NCBI GenBank assembly: GCA_965231015.1
Contig: OZ246408.1
Span: 19,755 to 83,754, forward strand
DNA: 64,000 nt
Direction: 5' to 3'
DNA from: an uncultured Gammaproteobacteria bacterium
GTDB lineage: Bacteria; Patescibacteriota; Patescibacteriia; UBA9934; CAZDDW01
Of the stretch, positions 1 through 11,900 are shown piece after piece. Position 1 is the first letter of the stretch, and each line of letters starts with the position of its first letter. A model generated the notes under the pieces. That model saw only the letters and a list, made by a program, of their open reading frames with translations, did no database searches and had not been told where the DNA came from. The position numbers were made by a program, and so were the translations under genes.

Positions 1-104
1 TAACCCTTCCTGTGTTCAATCATGGTGGTGAAAGTCATTACCTACCAATCAAAAAAATCATCAAGGGTACCAAATTACATCTTGTAAATATGCTTCCCCA
101 GAGT

Positions 105-132
105 GTAGGAGCGAATAGCCATTCGCCCCTAC
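105..132 (+). repeat. GTAG-type REP-like palindrome
   Basis: GTAGGAGCGAATAGCCATTCGCCCCTAC: GTAG followed by an imperfect palindrome, downstream of ychF. Confidence 0.65.
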
Positions 133-217
133 GAAAAAATAAAACTCCGCAGGGCGGAATTCTTTACGCACGAGCTGGCCAACACGTAGGCAGAGAGATT
201 ATTTGCCTAAAATTAGA

Positions 218-1279
218 TTAATTGCTAAACCTAAAAACACAGGTATCCCCGTCTTTCATCACGTAATCCTTACCTTCGATGTGCAATTTTCCTGCCTCGC
301 GAGTTCCGGTCTCACCAAGTTCAACAATGTCCCGCCAGTTCATTACTTCGGCTCGAATAAACCCTGCTTCAAAATCAGTATGAATTACGCCGGCCGCGGC
401 CGGTGCTTTTGTTCCCTCGGAAATAGTCCAGGCCCGGGTTTCTTTTTCACCCGACGTGAAGTAGGTGATGAGCCCAAGCATTTCGTAGCACGCCGTGATC
501 AGCCGATCTAGTCCTGAGTGCTCAAGTCCCATCGAAGACAAAAACTCTTTTTGCTCCTCAACCGACATTTCCGCAATTTCTGACTCGACCTTGATCGAGA
601 TCGGTAAAACCATTCGTCCATCAAGATCAATTTCTTTCTTTACATCGCCTTCATCAACGTTCAAAACTACAAGCATTGGTTTGCCGGTCAGAAGATTCAA
701 ATGTTTGATTAGTTCTTGCTCTTTATTATCAAGCTCAACTTGATTCACGAGCTTCCCAGAACCAAGTGTGTCTTTGAGCTTAGTACAAAGTGCAAAATCA
801 CGCTCCAGATCCTTGGTCATGCCGGCTTTGGCTTTTCCGCTCAAGCGTTCCAAATGCTTTTCCACGGTCACGAGATCGGCCATGGCCAGTTCTAGCTCAA
901 TCACCTCAACATCTCGGACTGGATCCACTTCCCCCTCAACGTGAGTAACATTGGAATCTGAAAACCCGCGCACCACGTGAGCAATCATGTCGACTTCACG
1001 AATATTAGCCAGGAACTGATTACCTAAACCTTCACCTTTGTGTGCTCCGCGTACCAGCCCGGCAATGTCAACAAATTCAATTGCGGCCGGAATCTTTTTT
1101 TCCGACTTAGATGCCTTGGCCAATTGATCAACCCGTTCATCTGGAACTTCAACTACTCCGACGTTTGGTTCGATGGTGCAGAACGGAAAATTTTCACAGT
1201 CAACCTGCTTTTTAGTGAGGGTTTTGAAGAGAGTCGACTTGCCAACGTTTGGAAGACCAACAATTCCGACTTGAAGCAT
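218..1279 (-). CDS. ychF: Redox-regulated ATPase YchF (Obg family)
   Basis: GIVGLPNVGKST P-loop, FPFCTIEPN, DIAGLVRGA, GLGNQFLANIRE, C-terminal TGS-type AGVIHTDFEAGFIRAEV. Confidence 0.97.
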   Translation of the reverse strand: MLQVGIVGLPNVGKSTLFKTLTKKQVDCENFPFCTIEPNVGVVEVPDERVDQLAKASKSEKKIPAAIEFVDIAGLVRGAHKGEGLGNQFLANIREVDMIAHVVRGFSDSNVTHVEGEVDPVRDVEVIELELAMADLVTVEKHLERLSGKAKAGMTKDLERDFALCTKLKDTLGSGKLVNQVELDNKEQELIKHLNLLTGKPMLVVLNVDEGDVKKEIDLDGRMVLPISIKVESEIAEMSVEEQKEFLSSMGLEHSGLDRLITACYEMLGLITYFTSGEKETRAWTISEGTKAPAAAGVIHTDFEAGFIRAEVMNWRDIVELGETGTREAGKLHIEGKDYVMKDGDTCVFRFSN

Positions 1280-1321
1280 ACGTAATCGTCCGGCCTTTTG
1301 ACCGGACGCAATTTATCGAAA

Positions 1322-1397
1322 TGGTGGACCTTAGGAGGCTCGAACTCCTGACCTCTTCCATGCCATGGAAGCGCTCTACCAGCTGAGCTAAAGGCCC
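1322..1397 (-). tRNA. tRNA-Ala(GGC)
   Basis: Reverse complement GGGCCTTTAGCTCAGCTGGTAGAGCGCTTCCATGGCATGGAAGAGGTCAGGAGTTCGAGCCTCCTAAGGTCCACCA; cloverleaf, anticodon GGC, encoded CCA. Confidence 0.95.
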
Positions 1398-1471
1398 ATT
1401 TCGAGATGAAGACTATCATGACCAAAAGACGGGGTCAAGTGACCCCGTCTGTTTTTGGCCTAAATTTAGGG

Positions 1472-3979
1472 CTATTCAGTCGTCTCTTCAGTAATCTCTT
1501 CCTCAACATCAGGAGTTTCTTCTACGGTCTGACCCTCACTGACGTCTGTAGCCGTTTGCTCACCGGACTCAACCGGCTCTGGGATCTCACCACTGGTCTC
1601 ACCACTCTTTAGCTGATCAAGACGTTGTTGAACCAGCTGATTATCAGGATTCAAAGCCAGTACCTCCTCCACTTGTTCAATGGCCTTATCAATTTCACCG
1701 TTTAGCTCATAGATTGAAGCCAAGAACCAGCGGGCGTTAGAATACGTTGGCACCAAATTGACCACATGTTCGAACATAACCTGAGCGTTGTCGTTGTTTC
1801 CCTGTCGCAAGTAAAGCAATCCGAGCTGGAAAGCAACTCCTACATCCATTTGGTTGTACAAGAACACGCTTTCCATCTTGGTGACCGCTTCATCAAGCTT
1901 GCCCTGTCGTTCAAACACAACGGCCAACTGATAATGCGCCGGAGCGTAATCAGCTTTCAGTTCAATCGCCTTGTCAAAGGCGGTTTCAGCCGCAACCAGG
2001 CTTTCGTCAACCTTGGTTTGAGCGTTATTTGCGGTTTCCTCATCCGGAGACGTGGTTAACTGTCGAGCCGTTTCCGCAATTACAAGATTAACTTTTCCAA
2101 GTTCGGTTTGATATTCAGGATTTACCGGGCTAAGTTCGGTTGCCTTGCTGAAAGACTCAAGGGCAAACTCGTCTGCTCCACCAATAAAGGCAATTACTTC
2201 TCGGTAAATTGAACCGCGTACTGACCAATTCAAGACGTTGTTTGGTCCTAAATCTGTGCTACGTTTAGCTGCGTTTATACTGGCAGCGGTTAAAGCTCGA
2301 ATCAGATTAGCCTGTTCTGTAGTCATCTCCTCTCCGACATTGCCAAGTTCTTCACTTACCCGCAAAAGCAAGGCTTGAGCCAGGTTGCGGTAGTAAATGT
2401 CGTTGTAACGATTGAAAGTTGCGGCCTTGTCAAGTTTGGTCACGATTTCAGTGAGTTCTCCTCCGGCAGCATCAAGTTTAACGGCACGAGCAAAAGCAAT
2501 CTCTCCGGCATAGCGCTGACCGGTCACAAAGAGCACTGACACCACCATAACTGACACCAACACAAACAAGAAACTGAAGGCAAGACCCAGGCGTGGTGAC
2601 TCACTCACAGTAGCTGTTTTAACCTTTCGCATGGCTTCAATGGCCAAAAGTGCAGAAAAGCCGAAGAACAAAAAGGTCAGGGTCATGTTGGAACTGTACA
2701 ATAACATGGCCAACACACTGGTAGCCCAAGGAGCAAACAGAGCAAAACTTAATTTCCACTCTGCATGATTCTTTTCTTTAACAAGTCGGGCTAAAGCCTT
2801 TAAGCCGAGCATGGCTACGAACAAAACCCAAAGAAGAACACCAAGAACTCCAACAGTAGCCAACATGGTCAAGACGTGACTTGAACCGCGGTCAAAACGT
2901 ACGTTCCAGAACATAGTACTGTTGACATCCTGGTTATGATATTTCGCATAGTCGTAAATAAACGTTCCCGGGCCTGAACCAAACAGAGCCGAGGTATCAC
3001 CCAAACTTTGAGTAGCTATGTTCCAAGAGGCTTTCAAGGAAGGTGTCACTTCGGCCGGAAGACCCATGTTAAGTGGTGTCTGTAAAAACAAGAGCAACAG
3101 GGACACCACAAACAGAGCCATCGGCATAATAAAGCGATGTGTTTCTGGGAATTCTTGAGCACGCAAGAGTGAAAAGGTAAACAGAACCAGGATTCCGAAA
3201 ATAAGCGTTACCCAAAGCACCCAATAATCAAGCGAAACCAAAGAAACAAGGGTAGCCAGAGAAATAAAGGTAATCATGATCTTTGTGACCAATCCCTTCC
3301 AACCTCCACGCAATACATCCTCGTCCCCTTTTCCGGCCACAAGCCAAAGCCCGTTTCCGAAAATTGCACTAATTATAGCGAAAATTCCGAATGCGTTTAG
3401 AGTTCCGACCGTGTTGAAACTCTTGGCTACGGCAAAATCAAACGGTAGTGATTGGATACCCAAAATGGATAACAAACCAACCACAATCGCCAAAGTTGAC
3501 CCAATCAGAAACGAGAAAAAGATGCTTCTAAGCACTCGAGCTTCCTGGGTTGCGTTAATAGTAATGTAGAAGAGCACCACAAGAGCGCCTGTTGTCAGGA
3601 AACTGACATACTCTTGAGTTGCTTCACCCACCCAACTGATAAACCCGCCAAGAGAAAGTAGGGTAGAGACTAAAACTGAGACTAAAAACACAAAAGGCAG
3701 CAAATTTAGCCAACCTTTTCGAAAGGTGAATTTTTTCTCAGTAATCATGCCCCCCAACCAGGCCAAAGCGGCCACGGAAGTAAGGATGATAAGCAAGGTC
3801 TGCTTGTTGACTTCCAAAACGTCAAGATTCCACGGCAGGAACCAGACTGGAACAAGCAGGAAGAGAAGGTAAATGCACCAGCGGGTAATGGCACGATAGA
3901 CCTTCGGTGCGTTCAAGGAGCGACTCGCTCGCTTAAGCGCTGAGGCACCGACTCGGGCCCCGGATGAAGCTGTATCCAT
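1472..3979 (-). CDS. O-antigen ligase-like polytopic membrane protein with C-terminal TPR repeats
   Basis: Many TM segments; LFGSGPGTF and SHVLTMLATVGVLG resemble the Wzy_C region; TPR-like helices (YAPAHYQLAVVF, YSNARWFLASIY). Confidence 0.75.
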   Translation of the reverse strand: MDTASSGARVGASALKRASRSLNAPKVYRAITRWCIYLLFLLVPVWFLPWNLDVLEVNKQTLLIILTSVAALAWLGGMITEKKFTFRKGWLNLLPFVFLVSVLVSTLLSLGGFISWVGEATQEYVSFLTTGALVVLFYITINATQEARVLRSIFFSFLIGSTLAIVVGLLSILGIQSLPFDFAVAKSFNTVGTLNAFGIFAIISAIFGNGLWLVAGKGDEDVLRGGWKGLVTKIMITFISLATLVSLVSLDYWVLWVTLIFGILVLFTFSLLRAQEFPETHRFIMPMALFVVSLLLLFLQTPLNMGLPAEVTPSLKASWNIATQSLGDTSALFGSGPGTFIYDYAKYHNQDVNSTMFWNVRFDRGSSHVLTMLATVGVLGVLLWVLFVAMLGLKALARLVKEKNHAEWKLSFALFAPWATSVLAMLLYSSNMTLTFLFFGFSALLAIEAMRKVKTATVSESPRLGLAFSFLFVLVSVMVVSVLFVTGQRYAGEIAFARAVKLDAAGGELTEIVTKLDKAATFNRYNDIYYRNLAQALLLRVSEELGNVGEEMTTEQANLIRALTAASINAAKRSTDLGPNNVLNWSVRGSIYREVIAFIGGADEFALESFSKATELSPVNPEYQTELGKVNLVIAETARQLTTSPDEETANNAQTKVDESLVAAETAFDKAIELKADYAPAHYQLAVVFERQGKLDEAVTKMESVFLYNQMDVGVAFQLGLLYLRQGNNDNAQVMFEHVVNLVPTYSNARWFLASIYELNGEIDKAIEQVEEVLALNPDNQLVQQRLDQLKSGETSGEIPEPVESGEQTATDVSEGQTVEETPDVEEEITEETTE

Positions 3980-4156
3980 ACTAGATAAGCTTAAGAATTA
4001 TTAAATTGACTGGCCCCAGTATATCAAATATAGATAGATAAGTTATCCTCAACGGTTCACCAGGCTTGACAAGAGGCCTATTTTAGGCCTAAAATATTCA
4101 GTCTTAGTCCGGCCTATGCTAGGATGTAAATAGAGGCACAAAAAAAGGAGGGCGAC

Positions 4157-5443
4157 ATGATTCGCTTTTTGTCCCTGAGCGCTCTTTCTATCATGCTGGT
4201 AGCCAGCTCCAATCCCGGCGGCTGCATCTACACCTGCTCCGAGTCGGCAGACGACGACACCTCTCCGGAGGACGACGACACCGGAGATGACGACACCTCT
4301 CCGGAGGACGACGACACCGGAGATGACGACACCGCTCCCGGCGACGACGACACGTCCGATGACGACACCTCGGATGACGATACCTCGGATGACGATTCGG
4401 GCGACGACGACACCGGGGGCTGTCCGAACGACTACGACTGCGACGGTACCGTCACTGCTGAGGACTGCGACGACACAAATCCGGATCTGAACAACTGGGA
4501 CTTCGACAACGATGGGTGGACTTCCTGCGACGGCGACTGCGACGACTGGGACGCCTCGCTGGAACTGGACGACGCCGACGCCGACGGCTACACCACCTGC
4601 GAGGGCGACTGCGACGACGCGGACGACCAGGCCTTCCCGGGCAACACCGAAGTCTGCGACGGCGCGGATAACGATTGCGACGGTACCGTGGACGAAGGCT
4701 TCGACGGCGACGGCGACGGCTGGAGCCCCTGCGCCGGCGACTGCAACGACGCCAACCTCTACATCTACCCGGGCGCGCCCGAGATCTGCGACAACCTGGA
4801 CAACGACTGCGACGGATTCCTCGGCTACAACGAGATCGATCACGATGGTGACGGTATCACCATGTGCGACGGCGATTGCGATGGCAACAACGCTGACATC
4901 TTCCCAGGCGCGCCGGAACTGTGTGATGGCGAGGACAACGATTGCGACGGGTCTATTCCGTCTAGCGAGACTACTGACAGCGACGGCGACGGCGCCATCG
5001 ACTGCGCCGACTGCGATCCGGCTGACCCCACCGTCTACCCCGGGGCTCCTGAGCTATGCGACGGCATCGACAATGACTGCGACGGCTCACCGTCCTTGGA
5101 CGAAACAGACCAGGATGGTGATGGTTTGTCGGTTTGTGACGGCGACTGCGACGACACCGACGCCAACGTCTACCCGGGTTACGACTCGGACGGCGATGGT
5201 TGGGATTCGTGCGATGACTGCGATGACACGAATCCGAACATCTACCCCTATGCACCGGAAGTCTGTGACGACGGCATTGATCAGAACTGTGACGGTCAAT
5301 CCGACGAATGGGCTGATGCTGACGGTGACGGTTACAACAACTGCGATGGCGACTGCGACGACTTTGACGCCGGCGCCTATCCCGGCAACATCGAAACTAT
5401 CGGCGACAACATCGACAACGACTGCGATGGTGTGGTCGAATAA
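4157..5443 (+). CDS. Secreted Asp/Cys-rich protein with putative metal-binding (MopE-like, PF11617-type) repeats
   Basis: Signal peptide, DDDT low-complexity tract, repeated D-x-D-G-D-G...DCDD...YPGAPE-x-CDG-x-DNDCDG; SD AAAGGAGG; visibly GC-rich. Confidence 0.85.
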   Translation: MIRFLSLSALSIMLVASSNPGGCIYTCSESADDDTSPEDDDTGDDDTSPEDDDTGDDDTAPGDDDTSDDDTSDDDTSDDDSGDDDTGGCPNDYDCDGTVTAEDCDDTNPDLNNWDFDNDGWTSCDGDCDDWDASLELDDADADGYTTCEGDCDDADDQAFPGNTEVCDGADNDCDGTVDEGFDGDGDGWSPCAGDCNDANLYIYPGAPEICDNLDNDCDGFLGYNEIDHDGDGITMCDGDCDGNNADIFPGAPELCDGEDNDCDGSIPSSETTDSDGDGAIDCADCDPADPTVYPGAPELCDGIDNDCDGSPSLDETDQDGDGLSVCDGDCDDTDANVYPGYDSDGDGWDSCDDCDDTNPNIYPYAPEVCDDGIDQNCDGQSDEWADADGDGYNNCDGDCDDFDAGAYPGNIETIGDNIDNDCDGVVE

Positions 5444-5450
5444 CCCCCTT

Positions 5451-5474
5451 GGGCGAACTGCCGTTCGCCTCTAC
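5451..5474 (-). repeat. GTAG-type REP-like palindrome
   Basis: Reverse complement GTAGAGGCGAACGGCAGTTCGCCC. Confidence 0.6.
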
Positions 5475-5508
5475 TGCCCACCGGCACCCCACCGGTGGGC
5501 ACTTTTTT
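5475..5508 (+). terminator. Rho-independent terminator
   Basis: TGCCCACCGG-loop-CCGGTGGGCA followed by CTTTTTT. Confidence 0.8.
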
Positions 5509-5699
5509 ATTCGTGAATTCGTAACCATTCGTAAATTCGTGAACCTCACTGCATTTATGAAACATAAAACGACCAAAGTGGGGTTTTGGCCGTCCTATGT
5601 CATTAGTCGCTCCTCACGAAAATAATGTATGCGTCAGAAGCATGACTCAAAGGCAACTAACACCGTTAGCTACTTTTGAGCCGATATGGGTGCCCGTTT

Positions 5700-5861
5700 G
5701 GCCCTGTTCTTAGATACTCTTTTGAGGATGAACCGATTAAATTCGAGGAGATTGATTCAAATAGTTTTTGAAGCAATACTTTTGTATTGCTGATAAAATT
5801 TTTGGATCAAGATTTCGAATTTTGGTGGTTCAGACCAAAAACGGTATCTAAAAACAGGGCC
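5700..5861. repeat. Long imperfect palindrome (REPIN/MITE-like)
   Basis: GGCCCTGTTCTTAGATAC...GTATCTAAAAACAGGGCC outer arms; nested TGAACC/GGTTCA, TTGATTCAAA/TTTGGATCAA and central AGCAATAC-TTTT-GTATTGCT. Confidence 0.7.
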
Positions 5862-5934
5862 TAGACACATGTACAAAGAACGTCGCGACCGGCGCGTCAA
5901 CGAAAGTCGCGGGACTCACCCAAACTGCTTTCAA

Positions 5935-8900
5935 CTACTCGAGCGTTTCTGATAGGGGATCGCTTGTATTATCACTACTGTTCGTTTCATCCCCAGCATT
6001 TGGGGCCACTTGGTCAATTTCATCAACCCCTCCACTTTGGTCAGGGTCTTCAACGGTCTCACCGTCGTCTGCCGGTTCTTCTGCAATTGGGTCAATATCA
6101 TTGATCCCTGCATCCACCTCGGTATCTTCCTCCGATTCTTCCTCGGTTGTTTCTTCTTCAATTGATTCTTCTTCAGGCTCAATAATTTCCTCGGTCTCTG
6201 GGTTCAAATACTTCTCTGGCTCCATATCCTTTCGATAGGCGGTTACAAACCAGTTAAATTCAGTATCAGATGAACTGTCTGCCATAATCGTGAAGCCATC
6301 ATTGTTTTGTTCATTCACATAAAGTTGGACCGGTTCACCAATCGGCATGGCCATAACTCGTACCGGAGCAATGGTTGAAATAATATCGTTAAAGTGAGGA
6401 TCAATCTCTTCAAATTCAATTGTGACTTGACCGCTTGAAAGTTGAGCTGTTCCAGACATGGTTACCGTGGCCTCAAGAGAAAGTTCAGCCTGAACTTCAA
6501 CCTCTTCACCCTGATAGGTCTCAATCACAGCCATAAATGATCCCTTAGTCTTAAAATCACCTTCTGGACTGACTTCCCAATCACCTAGACCGGCAATCTT
6601 ATTTACATTGATAATGTCGTTGGCCTGCATGTATAGACTTCCTCCAAGAGTCAAACTGCCAACATTGGAACCAATACCGCCAAAGCCACTAGCAATATTT
6701 TCGGTACCAGGGGTGGTATCAGATACACCGCCGCCCCAGTAGCCTACATTCACAAAAGCAATAATTGAATCACCACCATCACCGTTATAATTTTCCAAAG
6801 CATTACCCACAATCGGTCCGGCTTCAGTTGCCTTCATGGCGTAACCCGGGGTCGAAGAAGTAGTTAGTGGATCACCCACAGCAATCGGACCATTTTCAAG
6901 ACTAACCTTCACCGGCACTCGTCCAGCCAGAGCGACCGGATAATCTCCTTCAATACTGTCACCTGCTAAGAAGCCGGGCTTGGTTGAAACAATTCCGGCA
7001 ACTAGCCCATCATAAGACTCAGATGAACGTCGGACTTTTTCATCACTTGTATCAAAGACCACGACATCACCAGCTTCAAGCACTTCGTCTGAAGGGAACA
7101 TTTCCGCAAAGTCGTAGCTGCCGGTTGACCAACCACTAGCATTGGTGCGCATCATGTCGCCACCCCAACCTTCTGAGCCATCGTAATAAATATATTTGTC
7201 AGTTTGTAAATCACCGCGGTCGGACGGATACAACCGACCGGCCAGCTGCACATCGCCCTCGGCAGTGATCACTGCAGCACTCGTTCCACCTGAACCACGC
7301 ACGGTCAGCGAAGCATTATCAATTACTAAATTGTCAGTGATCACAGTATCAGTGCCGTCAGTGCCAAGCACTGCTCCGGTATAGTATTCCACATCTACAA
7401 AGGCCACGATGATATCATTTCCAGGATCAGCAATTTGCATAGCCCGCCCAAGTACCATCCCAGCCTCAGTGGCTTTCATGGCGTATCCTGGAGTTGAAGA
7501 AGTGGTTAAATAATCACCGATTTCAATCAAGCCGTTTTCATCGGAAACACGAACCGGTACTCGACCTGACAGTGCGATCGGTGGACTGGTATCCCAACCC
7601 ATCACAAAAGCCGGATCAGTACTAACCACTCCTACCAAACCCGGTTCATAGGTCAATCCACTGCTTCGCAATACATGCTCTGCATTTGCTGAATCTAAGA
7701 CCACAACTTCACCAGCAGACAAAGTAGCATCTGTGGATGGCATGCGCTCAGCCACGTCAAAAGCAGCAGAGTTAAAACTGCCATCAGCATAAGCATTACC
7801 TACGGCTGGAGCTCCTATGTCGGCACAGGTATCAGGGTCGGTTCCGTCGTCATCAATACACAAGATACTACTTCCAAGCTCAACGTCTCCGGCGATGAAC
7901 AGGTCGTCAGAACCGGCAACAGCCGCTAAAGTCTTAGTTACGGCACCACTAGAAATTGTGTGATAGGCGTAAGTATTGGAAACCTGACCGGCATGCAGTG
8001 TTCCAGCAAACATCATCTTGCCCTGATTGGTAAACCGTAAAATTGTTTCCGCAGCCGCGTCATTGCGAACCTTGATCACATCTTCGGCTGATCCGCTCTG
8101 TCCCACATCAATCACCAAAGCCTGCTGGCCCATAGAATTCACTCCGGGATTATCAACAAAATCCTGATAAATATGTAAAGCTGTGGCGTCCCCACCGCCG
8201 GAACCGCCGCCAGAATTTTTAATCCGAACCACTTCTCCCACACTGCCCACTTCATCATCAAGCTGGGCCAAATAAAGCAGTGCATTGCTGGAACCGGCTG
8301 TGTAGTTAGAACTGCCACTATCAACCCGGGTAACTTTTATGCCACTACCAGAGGTAAGCGAATTAGTGCCGATATCCATAACATCTCCGGTAGTAACATC
8401 CGTACCCGTAATGGTTACGCCGTCACTGGCTCCGGCATTGTCAAGATCGAGCTCAAGCTGACCCTGAACGTACAAATCACCATCACCGGTAGCCACGTTG
8501 GCCGTACCGCCGCCGCCGTCATGAATCTGCACATTGCCGTCTTCTGAATAAATAGCGTAGTTATTCGCTCCGCCAGAAGCCGTGGTGTACACGCCGTAGT
8601 TAGGGGTTGTCCCGCTTCCCGTGGCCGTAGCGTAAACCGCATAGTTATTGGTAGCGTTGGATCCGCCTACGCTGGAGTGCACCCCATAGTTAGTGGAGCC
8701 GGTACCACTAACTACATTGCGGTTACCATAATTGGTGGCGCTGGCAACATTAACAAAAGTACTCAAACCTTGATTGGTTCCAGCCCCGGTATCAGACAAG
8801 CGTAAGTAGGCGCCATAGGCTCCGGAAGAAATAGTACCAGCGGTATTTGCAATATCTGCGTTAATTCCATATACGTTAGCAACTGAACCCGCAGCAGAAA

Positions 8901-11900
8901 GGTCAGTGTCAATTTCCAAGCCATAAATGTAATCAACGTTACCGGTATTCGAAAGCGTGGCCTCTGCCTTAATTGCACGCAGATAACTGAGGGCTGCACT
9001 ATCTGAAGCACTGCTGTAATCAGCTACGGCCTGAATCGCACTCATATCGATAGTGGAGGCAGTGGTGCCAGTAAAATCTAAAGTTGAGGAGGTGCCGTAT
9101 AAAGTACGGGCCGCTGTTTGCGCACCGGTAAGAGTCGCATCAAGATCTAAGCCGGTGAAATCGCTGTCAGCATTCAGGGTTTCTGAAACATCTACCACGG
9201 TGTTCGTACTAATAGCACCTGCTGTGCCAGCAGCCAGGTGGCCGGACAGGTTCACGTCATCGCTCAGCTCGAACTGGCTGGCGCCGTTATTCCAGCGCAA
9301 CGACTCGGTGCCGGCGTTGTTAAAGTAGAGATATTCGTCCAGTTCTACATTGCCGGCTACGTCTAAAATCTGGCCCGGAGCACTGGTGCCCAGGCCCACG
9401 TTGCCGTCACTACCGCGCACGAACAGAGCGTTGGCCGCGCCGGTGGCCTGCACCTGGAAATCGACGTCCGCACCGGTGTTGTTCACGACAACGATATCCT
9501 GCGTGCCTTCATCCAGGCTCAACATCGAGACGGCCCCGGCAAAAAAATCAATCTGATTATTCGTGAAACTGAGATAGGTATTAGTGTCCAGATTATGTTC
9601 CAACCTCTCGTCAACACCGATGTCGCCAGCCACTTCTAATTCCGTACTTGGATTATTGGTACCGACACCGACCCGGTCATCCACGGCATCAACAAAGAAC
9701 ATATTGTCATTGGCCGTGCTTTTAATTTGAAAATCTACAGCACTGGCGTTGTCATTGAAAATCATGGCCCCGGTGTTGATATAGGTCACTAGGGCATTAG
9801 TGCCGTCATGGGAAATAGCCACGTGATCAACCTCGCTCGCGGGATCATAAATGCCGAACATTCCGTAATTGCGAACAGTATCACTACCCGGATCCAGCCG
9901 CAGGTCTCCGCCGCCCACAGTGACCAACTCCAAATGCGACCCGGTTGAACTGAACTCCACATAATCATCGGTTTCACCATTCGGCCGCAGCTGCATATTG
10001 CCACTTGATTCAATGAAGTTACTGGAACCATTAATTGTGATAGTGCTGCCTGAAACGATAGTACCGTCCTGATCCACACTGAATTTTACGTCGCCTGTAT
10101 TATCAAAGTCTTCGATCGCTTCAATAAAATAGAAGCTACCTGTATCTTCTTCGTCTGTTTGAAGCGTGAGTAGAGTGTTAGAAAAAGCGGCGTTGTCTCC
10201 ATGAACGGTCACAACGTTTTCATTTGTGGTATCAATAAAGCCTGCATCACCGGCAACCTCCAAATCATAATCCGGTGCATTGGTACCGATTCCGAGCTCG
10301 TCATTAGACGCGTCCCAGAAAAAATTATTTTCTCCGGATAAACCGGAAGCGGTCCAGAACGTCACCTGTCCGGTTGATCCGGTTCCACTAGCAACTGTGT
10401 CATCGATACAAAACTCGGTACCATTATCAAAACAGAATTGATCGTCATTGTCGTCGTACCAAATTTCAGACTCATTAGCTGCAGAGGCAGAATTCTGACC
10501 GGTCCCTAAGTGAATCTGGCCGACTGTTGCGTTAGCCGAGGGGGTAATGAAAATCGGGTTACCTGATTGATTGTTTGTGTCAACAAAATTCACATTTAAT
10601 CCGTGAGCCCCTGAACCGGCAGCGTCAGGTTCATTGGTGAGTAGAATCAACGAACCACTGGAATTTTTTGAATTACCATCTAAAATTGACTGTGTAGTTG
10701 AATCTGACTGAACGAGAATTGAGTGTTGATTGGCCGCTTGCGAAAGATAGATTCCATACGCATTAGAACTGCTTTGGTTTGATAATCGGAAACCGGTTCC
10801 TGAACCACTATTCTCCAAATGAATAACGTCCTGATTCACTGAAGCTAAGGCTTCCAGATTTAACAAGCTTTCTCCTGCCGCGTTCGACAAAATATCAAGG
10901 TCAGCGTCAGGGGTGGTATCACCAATTCCCACATTACCGATTGTAAACACGGCCGCATAGTCGTTGGCGGCAACTGTCATTCCGTAGTCAGTTCCACCGC
11001 TGATGTTAGATAAATCAATATTCAATCCGGTGTTTGTGGCTGTTGAACTGTTAACTCCATCAGCAAAGTTGATATCCAAACCAGTGGTGTTCGCAGTTTG
11101 ATTGCTGTTTAAAATATCCAGGTCAATCTCTTGCATCACAATGGCGGTCGCTCCACCGGATGGATCATTAGCTACATCCAAAATTGCACTTGGTGAACTG
11201 GCTCCAATTCCAACCATATCGGCTGAACCGTCTACAAACAACATATTAGTCTCGTTGTTACTTTCCACTCGGAAATCAACTGAACCACCGCCTTCGTTAA
11301 AGATAGCCGCACCGGTTCCGGCAAGATTAATGTCTGCATTAGCTGCAGAGGTTCCACCCAAGTAGAATTCCTTGGTAGCATTATTGTAGAAAAAGTTGGC
11401 GTTATCTTCAGATAAACCAGAGTTTATAAACACAATTGAACCGTCTGTTAGTCCCGGATTTAAAGTGCCGTAAATGGCACCGTCTACTTCCAAATCGTCT
11501 TCAACGTAAAGGTCGCCCTCGCCAGTGGCAAAATCGACACTGGCCGCACCGTCCCAAATCTGAACGTTGCTTCCCTGGAAGTCAGCGGCCATGGCACTAC
11601 CAGCCCCGGCGTTTGTGACGTCAACCGAAATACCAAAAGCGTCAACCGGTGAGTTAGCGGCCATATCAAGATCAATTCCGTTGCCGGCAATATTTTTTGT
11701 GATTGAAAGCGCGTCTCCCGGACCTGCGTGGGTAATTGCTACACCTGATCCATTATTTGAGTTATCAGTTAAAGAAACCGTGATGCCGTCTCCGGTGCCG
11801 TTGCTGGCGTGAGTCACTGTGATACCGTCAGCGTCATTATTCGGATCAGTCATGTCAAGGTCAATTCCCTCACCACTTCCTGTGTTATTGATCAGAACCG

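Noticed and set aside
4250-4420. Possible CRISPR array
   Set aside because: Coding DDDT repeats with no unique spacers; no cas genes in the window.
4049-5516. Long alternative-frame and antisense ORFs (264 aa, 334 aa)
   Set aside because: Shadows of the GAC-rich repeat gene; low complexity, no independent start signals.
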